This document shows, piece by piece, positions 13,601 through 23,706 of a stretch of DNA of 64,000 nt; the first letter of the stretch is position 1; every line of letters begins with the position of its first letter. The notes beneath the pieces are model-generated. The model was not told where the DNA came from, made no database searches, and saw only the letters and a list, made by a program, of their open reading frames with translations. This stretch comes from Phoronis australis (lineage: Eukaryota > Animalia > Phoronida), in contig NMRA01000002.1 of assembly GCA_002633005.1 (NCBI GenBank), forward strand, positions 1,212,077 to 1,276,076, given 5' to 3'. Made by a program: the position numbers and the translations under genes.

Positions 13601-16600
13601 CTTCACGTGACCCTTGGACGCTGAGCGGTGAAGAGGGGAACTGTTCACCCAGTCACCTATGTTGGAGTCGGCACCCTTTTCTAATAACAGCTCGGCAATC
13701 TAAAAGAAGAACTCTAAAGCAGGTGGAAAGGAGTATGCAATCCTGAAATGTGACTGACGAAATTTGTATTCAACAAACATTCAACAAGACAGACTGAGCA
13801 AAGTAAGAAAATAAATGATAATAATCAGTGTCCTGACATTGATTGACAGTTTGCCCCAGTCCTCCATATTGCAACTAAATATTTAATCCTCCCACTTCTT
13901 GAATTCACATGAAATGATGAGTTGTTTATTATACAGTATACGGTGCACAGGCATTTTTCACAATTACTGCTCAACACACGAGTCACATGCGTCAGGAGCA
14001 GACTAACACAGGTTTCAGTTTGATCACTTTTATTTGTTTACTAACAGTTACGACCTTCAACGTTAGGGCAGTGACTTTGCAATACTTGGGAACATACTGG
14101 AAGATTCCAGCATATTAGTGACTGATTTAACAGAACCATGGTCTGGAATGTTTTAGAACCTTATACTTATTTATAAAATCATAGTTTAGAAAATTCTAGG
14201 ACATGCTTGAATTCGTGAAAATTTCCCAAATATGACAACAGAAGGTAAATACCCAGACTCAAGTTAGTGAGAGTTAGTTGCACAGTCGGCAATTACCGAG
14301 TCAAATAGTGAGTCAGCTAAAGTGACAGCAAGTTGTGGAAAGTGACTCACAAGTCAGGCTTTACAGGCTTGAGTATTAGAACCAGTATTACATCAGATAT
14401 TTAGGACAAGTAGATTTGTACCTTTGGCAGCAATTAAAAGTGTTTAAATCATACTGGTCTATCATCGCACCAAAAGGTATTGGCACTCGGCTGGTCAATG
14501 ACAACCTGCAGTTACACATCCACACGGGAAAACGTGACAAAATGCTTGAATAGAACATACTCCCCACTCCAATTTATGTCAACAAACATTTTTCTCACCA
14601 GAGAAGGCAATGACCATAAGGATCTGTAGACAACAAGCAGCTATGAGAACATTAAATCATTCACCTCATATCTATCCTTGGACGCAGCCTTGTGGAGTGG
14701 ACATTGGCCAGTGGAGTTGATGGTGTATGTATTATAGTCTCTGAAGCCACTCACCTCATATCTATCCTTGGATGCAGCCTTGTGAAGTGGACATTGGCCA
14801 GTGGAGTTGATGGTGTATGTACTATAGTCTCTGAAGCCACTCACCTCATATCTATCCTTGGATGCAACCTTGTGGAGTGGACATTGGCCAGTGGAGTTGA
14901 TGGTCTATGTACTATAGTCTCTGAAGCCACTCACCTCATATCTATCCTTGGATGCAGCATAGTGGAGTGGACATTGACCCGTGGAGTTGATGGCGTTCAC
15001 TTGGGCTCCTTTTGACAACAGCAATGACACCACCTCGAGACTGCCAGCAGAGGTTGATATCATCAACGGCGTCCAGTATGACTGAACAAGAAAACAGATA
15101 GAGCAATCACTGTGCTGTTGGACAGCCTTATCTACAAGAAATTGAAGTTTGCAAAGACTAGAAATGCATTGGGACTGCTGGACATCATGCTGTAACAAAC
15201 AGTTCAAAATCGTGTTTCTGTCTTGCTGTTGGTTAATGTGCTAGAACTAGGCTCTGTAAGATACACAGCTGATTGTAACGACAGCAGTCCAAGTAAACTG
15301 ACCAGATTATGGACAGAATCACTGCACAACTTTATGCTGGTATAGTTTTCCATTGTTGGCAGGAACATCACAAAAAATGAAAGCAGAGCCAAGAATGCAT
15401 TCAGCATCAGACAGACATGGATAAAGACCAGTGTCTCAGGGACAGCACCCTCACACTGTCCTCTGCGCTTCACCAGCCAGTTGATTGAGTAAAGACCGGT
15501 GACTGAGCACAGGCAGTTCAGTGAGTTCAGCCAGTTGAATGAGACCAGCCAGTAGACCGAGACCAGCCAGTTGACCGAGACCAGCCAGTTGACCGAGACC
15601 AGCCAGTTGACCGAGACCAGCCCGTTGACCGAGACCAGCCAGTTGACCGAGACCAGCCAGTTGAACAAGACCAGCCAGTTGACTGAGACCAGTCAGTTGA
15701 CAGAGGCCAGCCAGTTGACTGAGACCAGTCAGTTGACTGAGGCCACCCAGTTGACCGAGCTCAGAGTGTCGACTGACTTACATCATCTCTGGCATCCACT
15801 TGAGACTGGTGACTAAGAAGAAACTCTACACAGTCTTTGTGCTTTCCTGACGCTGCCCAGTGCAAGGGTATTCGACCAGTCTGAAAAATAAAGGAGAATG
15901 CTCACAAATCATTTTACTTGACTCAGTGGTTTGACTGGTTCCTGTAAGTGCCACCAGTGAATCATCGCTTCCAACATTGCTCTGCAGTATTAGTGGATAT
16001 CACAACAAATCAATCATCAAAGCTGGACCAGAAACAGTATTACATTCGGCAACATTGTTACCTCCTTTGAACAACATACGTACCCATACAGGCTGCACTT
16101 ATACAGCAGAACAGGTACACGAATGCTCAATCGAATAACAGATTTGATACAAATACACTCGACGAAAATGCACTTATATCCAAATTATATCAGTCCAGTG
16201 ACCAAAAATAAGACATGACCTTGGCCATAAAAATGGCAGTCAACAGATCTCCTTCAACATGTGCGCCAGTACATTGCACTGGTATAGTAGTAGTTCATAT
16301 CAAAAAAGGACAAAGTCGTTGGACTTTCTGGATTTTAGTATTTTCACTCAAAAGCTAGCATTCACTAGCTGGGAAAGGTGCCTGAGGCTTCTCAGAGGAT
16401 AATTTTTTCAATGAATGAGTGAAAAAGCCCCCCACAGTCACCCCCTTGAATTACCAATTCTTGGGACCGTTCTAGCCAAAAGTGCATGAGAAATTTTTAG
16501 GCCTGATCGGGGAAATTTCACATGTGGCACCAAAGCTGAAGAATTGAGGCCTCCGGTCGGAAAGTTGTGCATGATCAGTCACTGCGATTTGTTAATAGTA

Positions 16601-17219
16601 GTTGTTGGTTTTAATAATGTGATTAACTGGGATAATTCTTGTCCTGTTGAGTCTAAAATTAATATAAGATCGAGACAGATAAGAGAGTCTATCTGGGTTA
16701 AGAAAAGTGGCTCAGTCATAAAAGAGGACGATGGAGGGTATAAGTCGTCCAAAATTTGAAACAGCCTGATCACCAAGCCACCTAGTGCTAGGCTCGAGTC
16801 GAGAATTAGACTAAACTGTCACTAAACAGGATTCAATTCACGCAACAGGGGTAGAGATCAGTAACGCTAAGACCTCGCTAAAAAGTAAGATTACATGAGA
16901 TGTTGTAGTGTACTTTGAATTAAAACACGTGATTTTGGCTAGACTTCAGCAAGGTCCTCGTGTAGGTCCTAGTGTTACTCTATAGATAGTACTCCGCACT
17001 GTTGTTGACTCAGTCACACGAGTCACGGAGTATCGGCGCATTGACTGTGGCATATTTCTGAAAACTGAAGCTTTGAATTGGAAAACACTTTGCTACACAT
17101 CGAAGTGTTGTATTTACCTGGTCCACTTTGTGCACAAGTTGGCTGTCACTATCAATTTTGCTTTTCAATGATTGAATATTACCCTCGTACGCAAACTGTG
17201 ACACTTCATTTTCCGACAT
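10625..17219 (-). CDS. PSMD10: 26S proteasome non-ATPase regulatory subunit 10 (gankyrin), ankyrin-repeat protein, complete, 6 coding exons, 227 aa
   Basis: Exons (-) 17219-17118, 15880-15782, 15081-14935, 13699-13533, 11882-11801, 10711-10625, all GT-AG with compatible phases. Translation: MSENEVSQFAYEG...KVDQ|TGRIPLHWAASGKH...DARDD|SYWTPLMISTSAG...NSTGQCPLHYAASKDRYE|IAELLLEKGAD...SPLHRSASKGH...QDSEGNTPL|HLACEEERAEVAKLLVEHGA...ENK|EEKTPLHLA...MR*. AATAAA on the - strand at 10572-10567. Confidence 0.96.
12097..12390. repeat. 24-bp minisatellite, ~12 copies (atgctcgatgaataaaatgacacc), PSMD10 intron 4
   Basis: Highly homogeneous tandem array; it produces the spurious repetitive ORFs in the ORF track. 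Confidence 0.97.
12893..12965 (-). mobile_element. tRNA-derived SINE-like head (second copy at ~61841-61902, +)
   Basis: The - strand reads cagtggactaaagcgtctgcacgattagcacaaggtctcgGGTTCAAGTCCtagttggggcag (A/B-box-like). It matches 61841-61902 tgtggactagagcgtctgcccggttagcagaaagttctgggtttgaaccccagttggggcag. Confidence 0.65.
13041..13203. mobile_element. MITE-like element with ~45-bp imperfect inverted repeats
   Basis: atgtgtaaatcttaaaccaaagtggaaacatagactgcaaa is inverted relative to tttgcaatctatatttccacattgattttagatttacatat. Related sequence occurs at 5146-5245 and 12810-12870. Confidence 0.6.
14661..14993 (-). repeat. 90-bp tandem repeat made of the PSMD10 exon-3 3' end, splice donor and 30 nt of intron (3 extra copies)
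   Basis: Each unit reads ACC ATC AAC TCC ACT GGC CAA TGT CCA CTC CAC AAG GCT GCA TCC AAG GAT AGA TAT GAG|GTGAGT... Donors at 14934 (real), 14844, 14754 and 14664. Confidence 0.95.
15470..15775. repeat. 18-bp minisatellite (ttgaccgagaccagccag), ~13-16 copies, starting at the PSMD10 exon-2 donor
   Basis: Directly visible; it decays toward 15470 and produces spurious TETSQL/VSVNWL ORFs. Confidence 0.95.
16605..16790 (+). mobile_element. Penelope-like retroelement 3' fragment (GIY-YIG endonuclease C-terminus), antisense in PSMD10 intron 1
   Basis: Translates to NNVINWDNSCPVESKINIRSRQIRESIWVKKSGSVIKEDDGGYKSSKI*NSLI. This resembles the recalled PLE C-terminal pattern H-x-I-x-W...R-x-I-K-E-[AS]-I-W-I...N-R-D-E-G-x-Y-x-L-S-x-I-x-D-x-L. 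Confidence 0.7.
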
Positions 17220-17402
17220 GATGATGATTGGAATCATTGGCGGAAATAGATGCGCCATCTGGTGTTGGATTAGTAAGCAGACGACGGACATGAGGAGGCA
17301 CACCACAGTTACTACAGGGTTTTTTGGCTGCCGACACACACCTATAAGTGGAGACGAGTCCTTAACTCACGTCCTGATCGAGAGTCTGAAAAAAACAAAA
17401 GG

Positions 17403-17496
17403 TTTTTGGCGTTCCCAACTCAAAAGAGCTACTCATGATAACTGAAACTTTTTGGCGTTCCCAACTCAAAAGCACTACTCATGATAACTGAAACTT
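17403..17496. repeat. ~47-bp direct duplication upstream of PSMD10
   Basis: tttttggcgttcccaactcaaaag(ag/ca)ctactcatgataactgaaact occurs twice in tandem. Confidence 0.9.
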
Positions 17497-18965
17497 AATT
17501 CTGCTACAGATTTTTAATCCGGCCAATTCACATCGGGAAAAATACCGACGCACAAAAATAGAACCAAAAAAACGCCAAATTTGACAGTTTTCTCCCCAAA
17601 TTTACTACTTCCCTGCAAGTGCTAGAAAAATCTGGCAACAGATTCAGAATGCTTGTTTTCTCTAGATTCTAAAAATGTGGTCATAGTACGCCCCTTACTA
17701 GCTACTTTTTTCGCAATTTCGTTCTGTCTGACAGCCACCTGAAATCTCACCCGTTCTCTCAGTCAGCAGGCGACAAGGGTTGAAAGCAAGCGACAGCCCA
17801 CCATTTTGCATGGAAAGTGGGTCACGGCTAAAAAAAAAACTTGGCTTTTCTCATTCAAAAACACAAGTAAATCAGTTTCCTGGCAGTTTTTTCAACAAAT
17901 TCCTCAAACCAAACTTGACACATGTCCTATATTTAAATTTTAGGGACTAGCAGCCTAACTGTTCAGTGCCCCCTTTTGTCTTTCATCCTAGTCGGCAGCC
18001 TTCAAAAGGCCTAAAGTGAGCTCCCGCAGTACAAAATATTGGCACGTTCTTCGTTTTGGCTGCTAACCAATCGGAATCGGAATTTTTTAGAAACAACGGC
18101 GCGATTATTGCATGGAACCTTTTGTCAAATGAGTATCAAGCAGAGTGACTCCATATTCCAGACTATACGGGTTTTCAGAGGCCAGATATCGATCTTTCTT
18201 CTGTAATCACCAAGCTCAGACTTTTGCCCGATGGCACGACTCAAGCACCAATTATCTACCATGCTGAATGAATACATTATTGTAAACAAGCATAGACTCA
18301 AAACTGTCGTAAAGAAATAAAAACCCAGAGTAGCGTTTTTGGCTATTTTTACTGATCGTATTTCATCCGCGAAAGAATGATTCCGCATTAACCTTTCACG
18401 AAGAATTCAATTTCATAAGACAAACACGTTCAAAATTACCACTTTCTGTCCTTAACATTTCAATTTATTTCATCCAGTATTTTATTGCAGTGAAGACATC
18501 GCTATATCGCTTAATGGGAACTTAGATCAAAAATCATGATATGAAGGGCGGTCAGCGACACCGGTTTTCGCCGGTTGATGCAGAAAAGCATTGCCCAACT
18601 ACAAGATACAACGGAACGATCCGGTTTCCTTATGAAAACATCTTTCTTATTTTATCTCTCATTCCACTTTGTGGCCTCATCTGTATATATTTAGTCAAAT
18701 GATGTTTAATTTTAAATTATAATTATTGTTAATTTTACTTTATTAACATTTTTATACTTTCGTGTACTTATTTATTTGTTTTCAGAGGACCATATGGTCG
18801 ATAAAGATAGAACTTTTACAGTCTTGATCTGCCAGTTATAGACAGTGCTCATGTAACAGTGATATCTGCTATTGTGACGCATGTAACAACAAAATGTCAC
18901 ACCAGTCGATTTTAAATTACCTCTTGAAGTAAAATGTAATTCTATAAGAAAACTTTTCCTGGTCT

Positions 18966-21900
18966 ATGCAATCCAGAAATTTAAAAAGAGTTCCTCGCAC
19001 GGAATATCATAGAGTGGCGTTCGGATTTTGTAAGGTTTGGAGGAAATGCTGTCGCAAAGCACGATCCCCTGGAGAACACGAAACTGGTTCGCGCCATCCA
19101 CGTACGGCACGACATAACTCACAGGGAAATTGTCTGTCATTTGGAACCCCAGGGAGACAGAAAACAATTAAGAGAAGTAACCGGCATCCAGTAAGGAAAT
19201 TAGACGTCTTGGAAGTAAAGGTTAACAAAAATTTTCCAATTTGCGCTTATCAATCACAAGTTGGGTTGCTTTTTCCTTTGAGTACAAACCAATTTAGTTA
19301 CAATGACGACAAGATAAGAGCTGAAAAGAGGACTGGAAGATGTCGGTCAGAATCATGTCCCGCGTGTTTCACGTCACGAATACAAGTACTTGTCCAGGAC
19401 GATTGCGCCAATAATAAATGCAAACGCAACGAACAATTAAACAGCACTGGGGTAACATTTGCACTGGAGGCCGTTGGTGGCACGAGGTCATTTGTAGATC
19501 ATCTGTCCCCACTCCTCGGGTCACCACGTTACACTGCTAGATGTCAACTCTACAAAGAAGTGAAAGACGCTGTTACGCAAAAGAGCAAACGAGAAACAAG
19601 TTTTGCATCAATCTACCCACATACTATTTGTCACGTCGAGAAGAACATTTTACAGTGTTTTGGTTGGCCCGAAGGTATTGAAGAAGCTCGAGTCTTGTTG
19701 TCATGGATGGCAGACGGTCAAAGCTGCACCAACGCACAGTTCTTGGATGCCATCCTTTTTCCTTGCCAAATCCGGTGAGAATTTCAAGTCAAACAAAACA
19801 CCGAAATGTTTTAATGCTCTCTGTCGGACAGGTTTTTAACAAACTCTTTTAAAAGCTTAAAGGCAAAGGCAACCTTTTTTCATGTCATTTTTAGCAAAAA
19901 TAAGGTTCGTTGGTTATCCCAGACATATTTTACACTTAATTGTAATTTTTCGTAAGTTAATTAATTACTCGTCCTCTACTCCGGAAGTGACCTTTTGGGA
20001 GGCAAGAATTTCGCGCCAAATTGGCTCTTCGCTGAGTTTAGTGTGAGGATTTGTACTACTTCTGTTTTCGGGCTGTTTTTCTAAAATTGTCGTCACCACT
20101 TCCCATCGACGAGTTTTCTACGACAAACTAGGTTGTTAGAGAACCCAATTACGTTGGATTTAGGGATTCTTTAGTTTGTTTAGTTTGTATTAATCTGAAA
20201 ATGACTGGAGTCGGCGACCCCATCACAGTGACAGTAGTGACGTGAGTAACGGAAACATTGTTCATATAGCAGTGGTGACGAGGAATTTTTTCACGGACAG
20301 TCAGTCGGTGGGTATACTTTGTATGATTGAGCCCGAGTACAATGAGGCAGAGTATGCACAGGAACAACTGTCCCACTTGCCCCAGTGTCTCGCGACACAC
20401 TCAGTCCCACTGGATGGTGACCTGAGCACCCAAACTGCTTACATCCCGTAGTGTGACTCCCTCGCAACACACTGGCACTTTCTAAATAGCTCCAATACTT
20501 TAGACAAGTTCACAATAAACTTATCAAAGATTGGCTCACAGATCTGTTCGTTGGACGACGAACTGTCCTCTTCACTGGGTGTCGAACTGGGCCTGTCATT
20601 CACTCCAACTCAACATCGCTGCAGGGCTGCTTCTAGGCTCTGTGTTACAGCACGTACATGGCGAATCACTGCTAGTTCCCAGAATTGCACGCTCTGTACG
20701 TTCGGATCGAGGCACGGGCGACAGTAGATGAAGTGCCTCCAGTCACTGTAGTGGCCATAGCTCGCGAGGCTTCTCGCTTCAAAAACGCACTTCACGGGGG
20801 TGGCGACGGAGTACTGCCGGGAATCAACAGCTACGGTATCGCACCCTTCTTCAGGCGTTGTTTCGCAGGGACCTTCATCAATTCAGCGTACATATCCCTC
20901 TCGTAATCTGACGGCAGAAAGTGCTTGCCACACACTCGGTAACCCTCAACTGCTTTGAACATTGCGTTGACGGGTAACGCTGTGTTCTTCACACGAACGA
21001 GCCAAGTAGGCCTGCGGCGAAGTGTGTCATCCTTTGGAAAGCGATGCAAAGCCTGGTATTCCCAAAGCGCGCGTGAGACGATAATGAGTACATCCCGGTA
21101 CGCAGCAACAGTGTGGCATGTTGTCTGACTCGTAAACAAAAGCAAACGAGGTAGAACAATGACTGAATCGACAGCTCTCACAGTCATACTATATGAAAAG
21201 AAATTGGCGCGAAATTCTTCCCTCCCAAAACGTCACTTCCGGAGTAGAGCACGAGTAATTAATTAAATTCGGAAAAGCTGCAGTTAAGTGAAAAATATGT
21301 CTGGGATAACCAACCTTATCTTTGCTAAAAATGACATGGAAAAAGGTGCCTTCGCCTTTAAGGTGACTTGTGACAACACATGCAGATTACACGCTTACGT
21401 AATACAAAGCAACTATAATGATACCGTGCCCAGTGCTACATCGGATTACTCCCAGGATGATAACAAAAGTACAGCATAATAAATGCATACAGTAATGACA
21501 ATAGTAATAACAAAATATAACTCATAAGCAACCAGGCAGGACTGACGATAAGCAAAGTGATAGACACATAAAGTTGTCCGCACAATGTCTCTTCCAAGCA
21601 ACAAATAGGCATCCACAAATAATCTGACAGGTTCTTCCTCATGTAGTTCATGGATAAGTGTTACGACATGTACTCTTACAATCATATGTGCCGTGCCTTG
21701 AAATTTTATTATTACAAACAAAAGCCAATTTCCGTGAGAAAATGACTTGTGAGACATGTTTTTTAACTGAGCAATGCACCGAATGAATTGAAAAAATACC
21801 ACACTAGTGGCACGCTGAAACTTCACGTGTATGTCATGTGATCATGACATACACTACAGCATGTACGGGCTTACGTGAATAACTGTCTAATCCTTGATGG

Positions 21901-23706
21901 CCCCTACATTAAGGCTAAACTTGAAGTTTCGAAATTTTACTCCAAATATCGAGTTTTTATGTGAGTCATTACCTCGAATCTCAGAGGTCATCAAATACGA
22001 AATTGTACTATAAACTCTTAAGCATAAATCATAATGTACTCGAGCACACAATAATAAACACCCATCTTGAGTTCACACAAAAGTAAAATATGGAATGCTA
22101 AAAATGATTTTGAGCTCGATTTCGAGTACAAAGATTAGACGTTAGGCCTTGAAGTCGTTCAATGGTACATAGTCAAAAGTATACATATTACTTTTGTGTG
22201 CGAATCTTGGCCTTTCACATTGTAAAGTGTAAAGTGATATTTGTCCACCAGATTTGGTCACCCCATGTTGCTACCAGTTTGCTCCGCTCCAGTTTTCCCG
22301 GTCCTTCACCAGTTTCAAATTCCCTAGGGTGCTGCCGATCCGGCGCCTTCCCAACCCATCCTCTATGGCTACGCCACTGGTAAACCCGCACAGATCATAG
22401 CTGCTGCCAGTCTTTGAAACATACTCTTCCTATAATTACTATAAGGAACCAAAGTCCTTTTACTCACAACAAGAAAAAAAATTGGTAATAAGAGGACTAA
22501 CGAGCCTACATGTAAGCGCCATACTCCGATCCTTAGTTGCATGATCATGTCCTTCGCCAACTTCTGTATGACTGTTAAGTTATGATTATTGCATTGGCAG
22601 TATTTATGGAACCGTTACAGATTCGACAGAATGGACGGCCACTTAGTGAGCACAGGCAGCGGTTCGTGCGGCTGTGTTTACACGGGGACATTGAGAACTC
22701 TCGATGGCGTCAGCAAGAAGGTGTGTTTCAAGAAGAACAACACTAGCGACATTAGTTGGATTTGGCTTGAGTATCAATGCCTGAGAAGATTGAATGAGCT
22801 GAACATCGCTCCGTGGGTTTACGGCATTTTCGTTGATCGGCATGCCGTCAGACAGAAGTACGCTGTTGTTATGGATTTGATCGGTGACGGCGATACGTTG
22901 CGATACGTTCTGGAACGTAGTAGGAAGCGGTATCCGGTTTCTACGTGGACTTTCTTAGCGTTGGAGCTAGCATTGGCGTTGAGATGTATACATAGAGTGA
23001 AAATTTCTGTGAATGATATCAAGGCAAATAATGTGCTAGTGAAACCCTCGTCAGACGATCGGTGGTTGAAGCCATATATTATCGACTTTACGCATGCGCG
23101 TATGTGAGTACAATGAGACCATATATATTTTGGACTTTACATGTGCGTGCCGTCATTGACATAAAAAGGTATTTGAGAATATTGGCATTATCGGTAGCTC
23201 TTTCGTCAGACCAAACACAAACACAAACACAAACAAAAATAACAAAGCAAAAGATAATTAGTTTTCCGTCAGACCACATGGGACGTTCCGAACATGAAGA
23301 AGAATCACATCAGTAACATTAACAATTGCGAATTAACTTGGCACGTTGAAAGTCAGCTTGATGAAAAACGAAGCATTTAGTGTTTGCAATTGCCGCTTAA
23401 GTGTTTATTGTTTTCAGGTACAACGGAGTCGGCAGCTGTAAAACGCCTGACCAACTAATATGGGAACGCGTGGACATTTACAAGCTAGGTCGAGTTATCA
23501 CATACGTTGCTGCCAAAGCAAAAGTTACGAGCGGAAAAGGAAGACTCAAAGAATTGTCCAAGATCGGTCACTACGCCATGGGTAGTAATCCTAGAGATGT
23601 TGTGACAACTGAGTGTTTGATTGAAAGATTGCAAGAATTGACTTCGGATGTTTTTGAGAAACATAAAGCGGTTGAAGATTTACCTATATTCATACAAAAA
23701 TTGTAA
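18966..23706 (+). CDS. Atypical Ser/Thr-type protein kinase (or pseudokinase) with a ~270-aa basic, Cys-rich N-terminal extension; 3 coding exons, 526 aa
   Basis: Exons 18966-19774 (CG|GTGAGA), 22621-23103 (ttacag| ... AT|GTGAGT) and 23418-23706 (ttttcag|). Both introns are phase 2 and the total is 1581 nt = 527 codons. Kinase motifs: GSGSCGCV G-loop, VCFK, alphaC E (WLEY), IHRVKISVNDIKANNVLV, IIDFT, DIYKLG. The kinase domain is well supported; joining of the first exon is inferred from phase match and an 809-nt open frame. Confidence 0.75.
20200..20365 (+). pseudogene. Possible KolX (Kolobok accessory protein) N-terminal remnant
   Basis: Acidic SDSSD...GILCMIEPEYNEAEYAQE resembles the recalled PYxFEPEY motif of KolX/P2X7-ballast-like proteins. 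Its orientation, convergent to the transposase, fits Kolobok. It is truncated at the internal deletion. Confidence 0.45.
20365..21119 (-). pseudogene. Kolobok transposase N-terminal remnant (THAP zinc finger and following Cys region), frameshifted with stops, DDE core missing
   Basis: MPHCCCVPGC...(frameshift)LHRFPKDDTLRRRPTW...RVCGKHFLPSDYERDMYAELMKVPAKQRLKKGAIP* is a C2CH THAP with an AVPT-like box. Downstream lies DKFIVNLSKVLELFRKCQC...SLGAQVTIQWD*VC, which resembles the recalled Kolobok KFIVFxxxLxELFxxC...C..GH...W motif. Confidence 0.85.

Larger units (their letters stand above)
19861..21357 (-). mobile_element. Internally deleted, non-autonomous Kolobok DNA transposon
   Basis: TTAA flanks both ends (19857-19860 and 21358-21361); termini are AGG...CCT; ~165-bp imperfect TIRs (19861-20022 vs 21200-21357). 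It contains a THAP-transposase remnant (-) and a convergent KolX-like remnant (+). Confidence 0.85.

Noticed and set aside
14692-15015. 107-aa + strand repeat ORF
   Set aside because: Antisense reading of the duplicated gankyrin exon end.
15204-15816. TETSQL / VSVNWL repeat ORFs
   Set aside because: Translation of an 18-bp minisatellite in PSMD10 intron 2.
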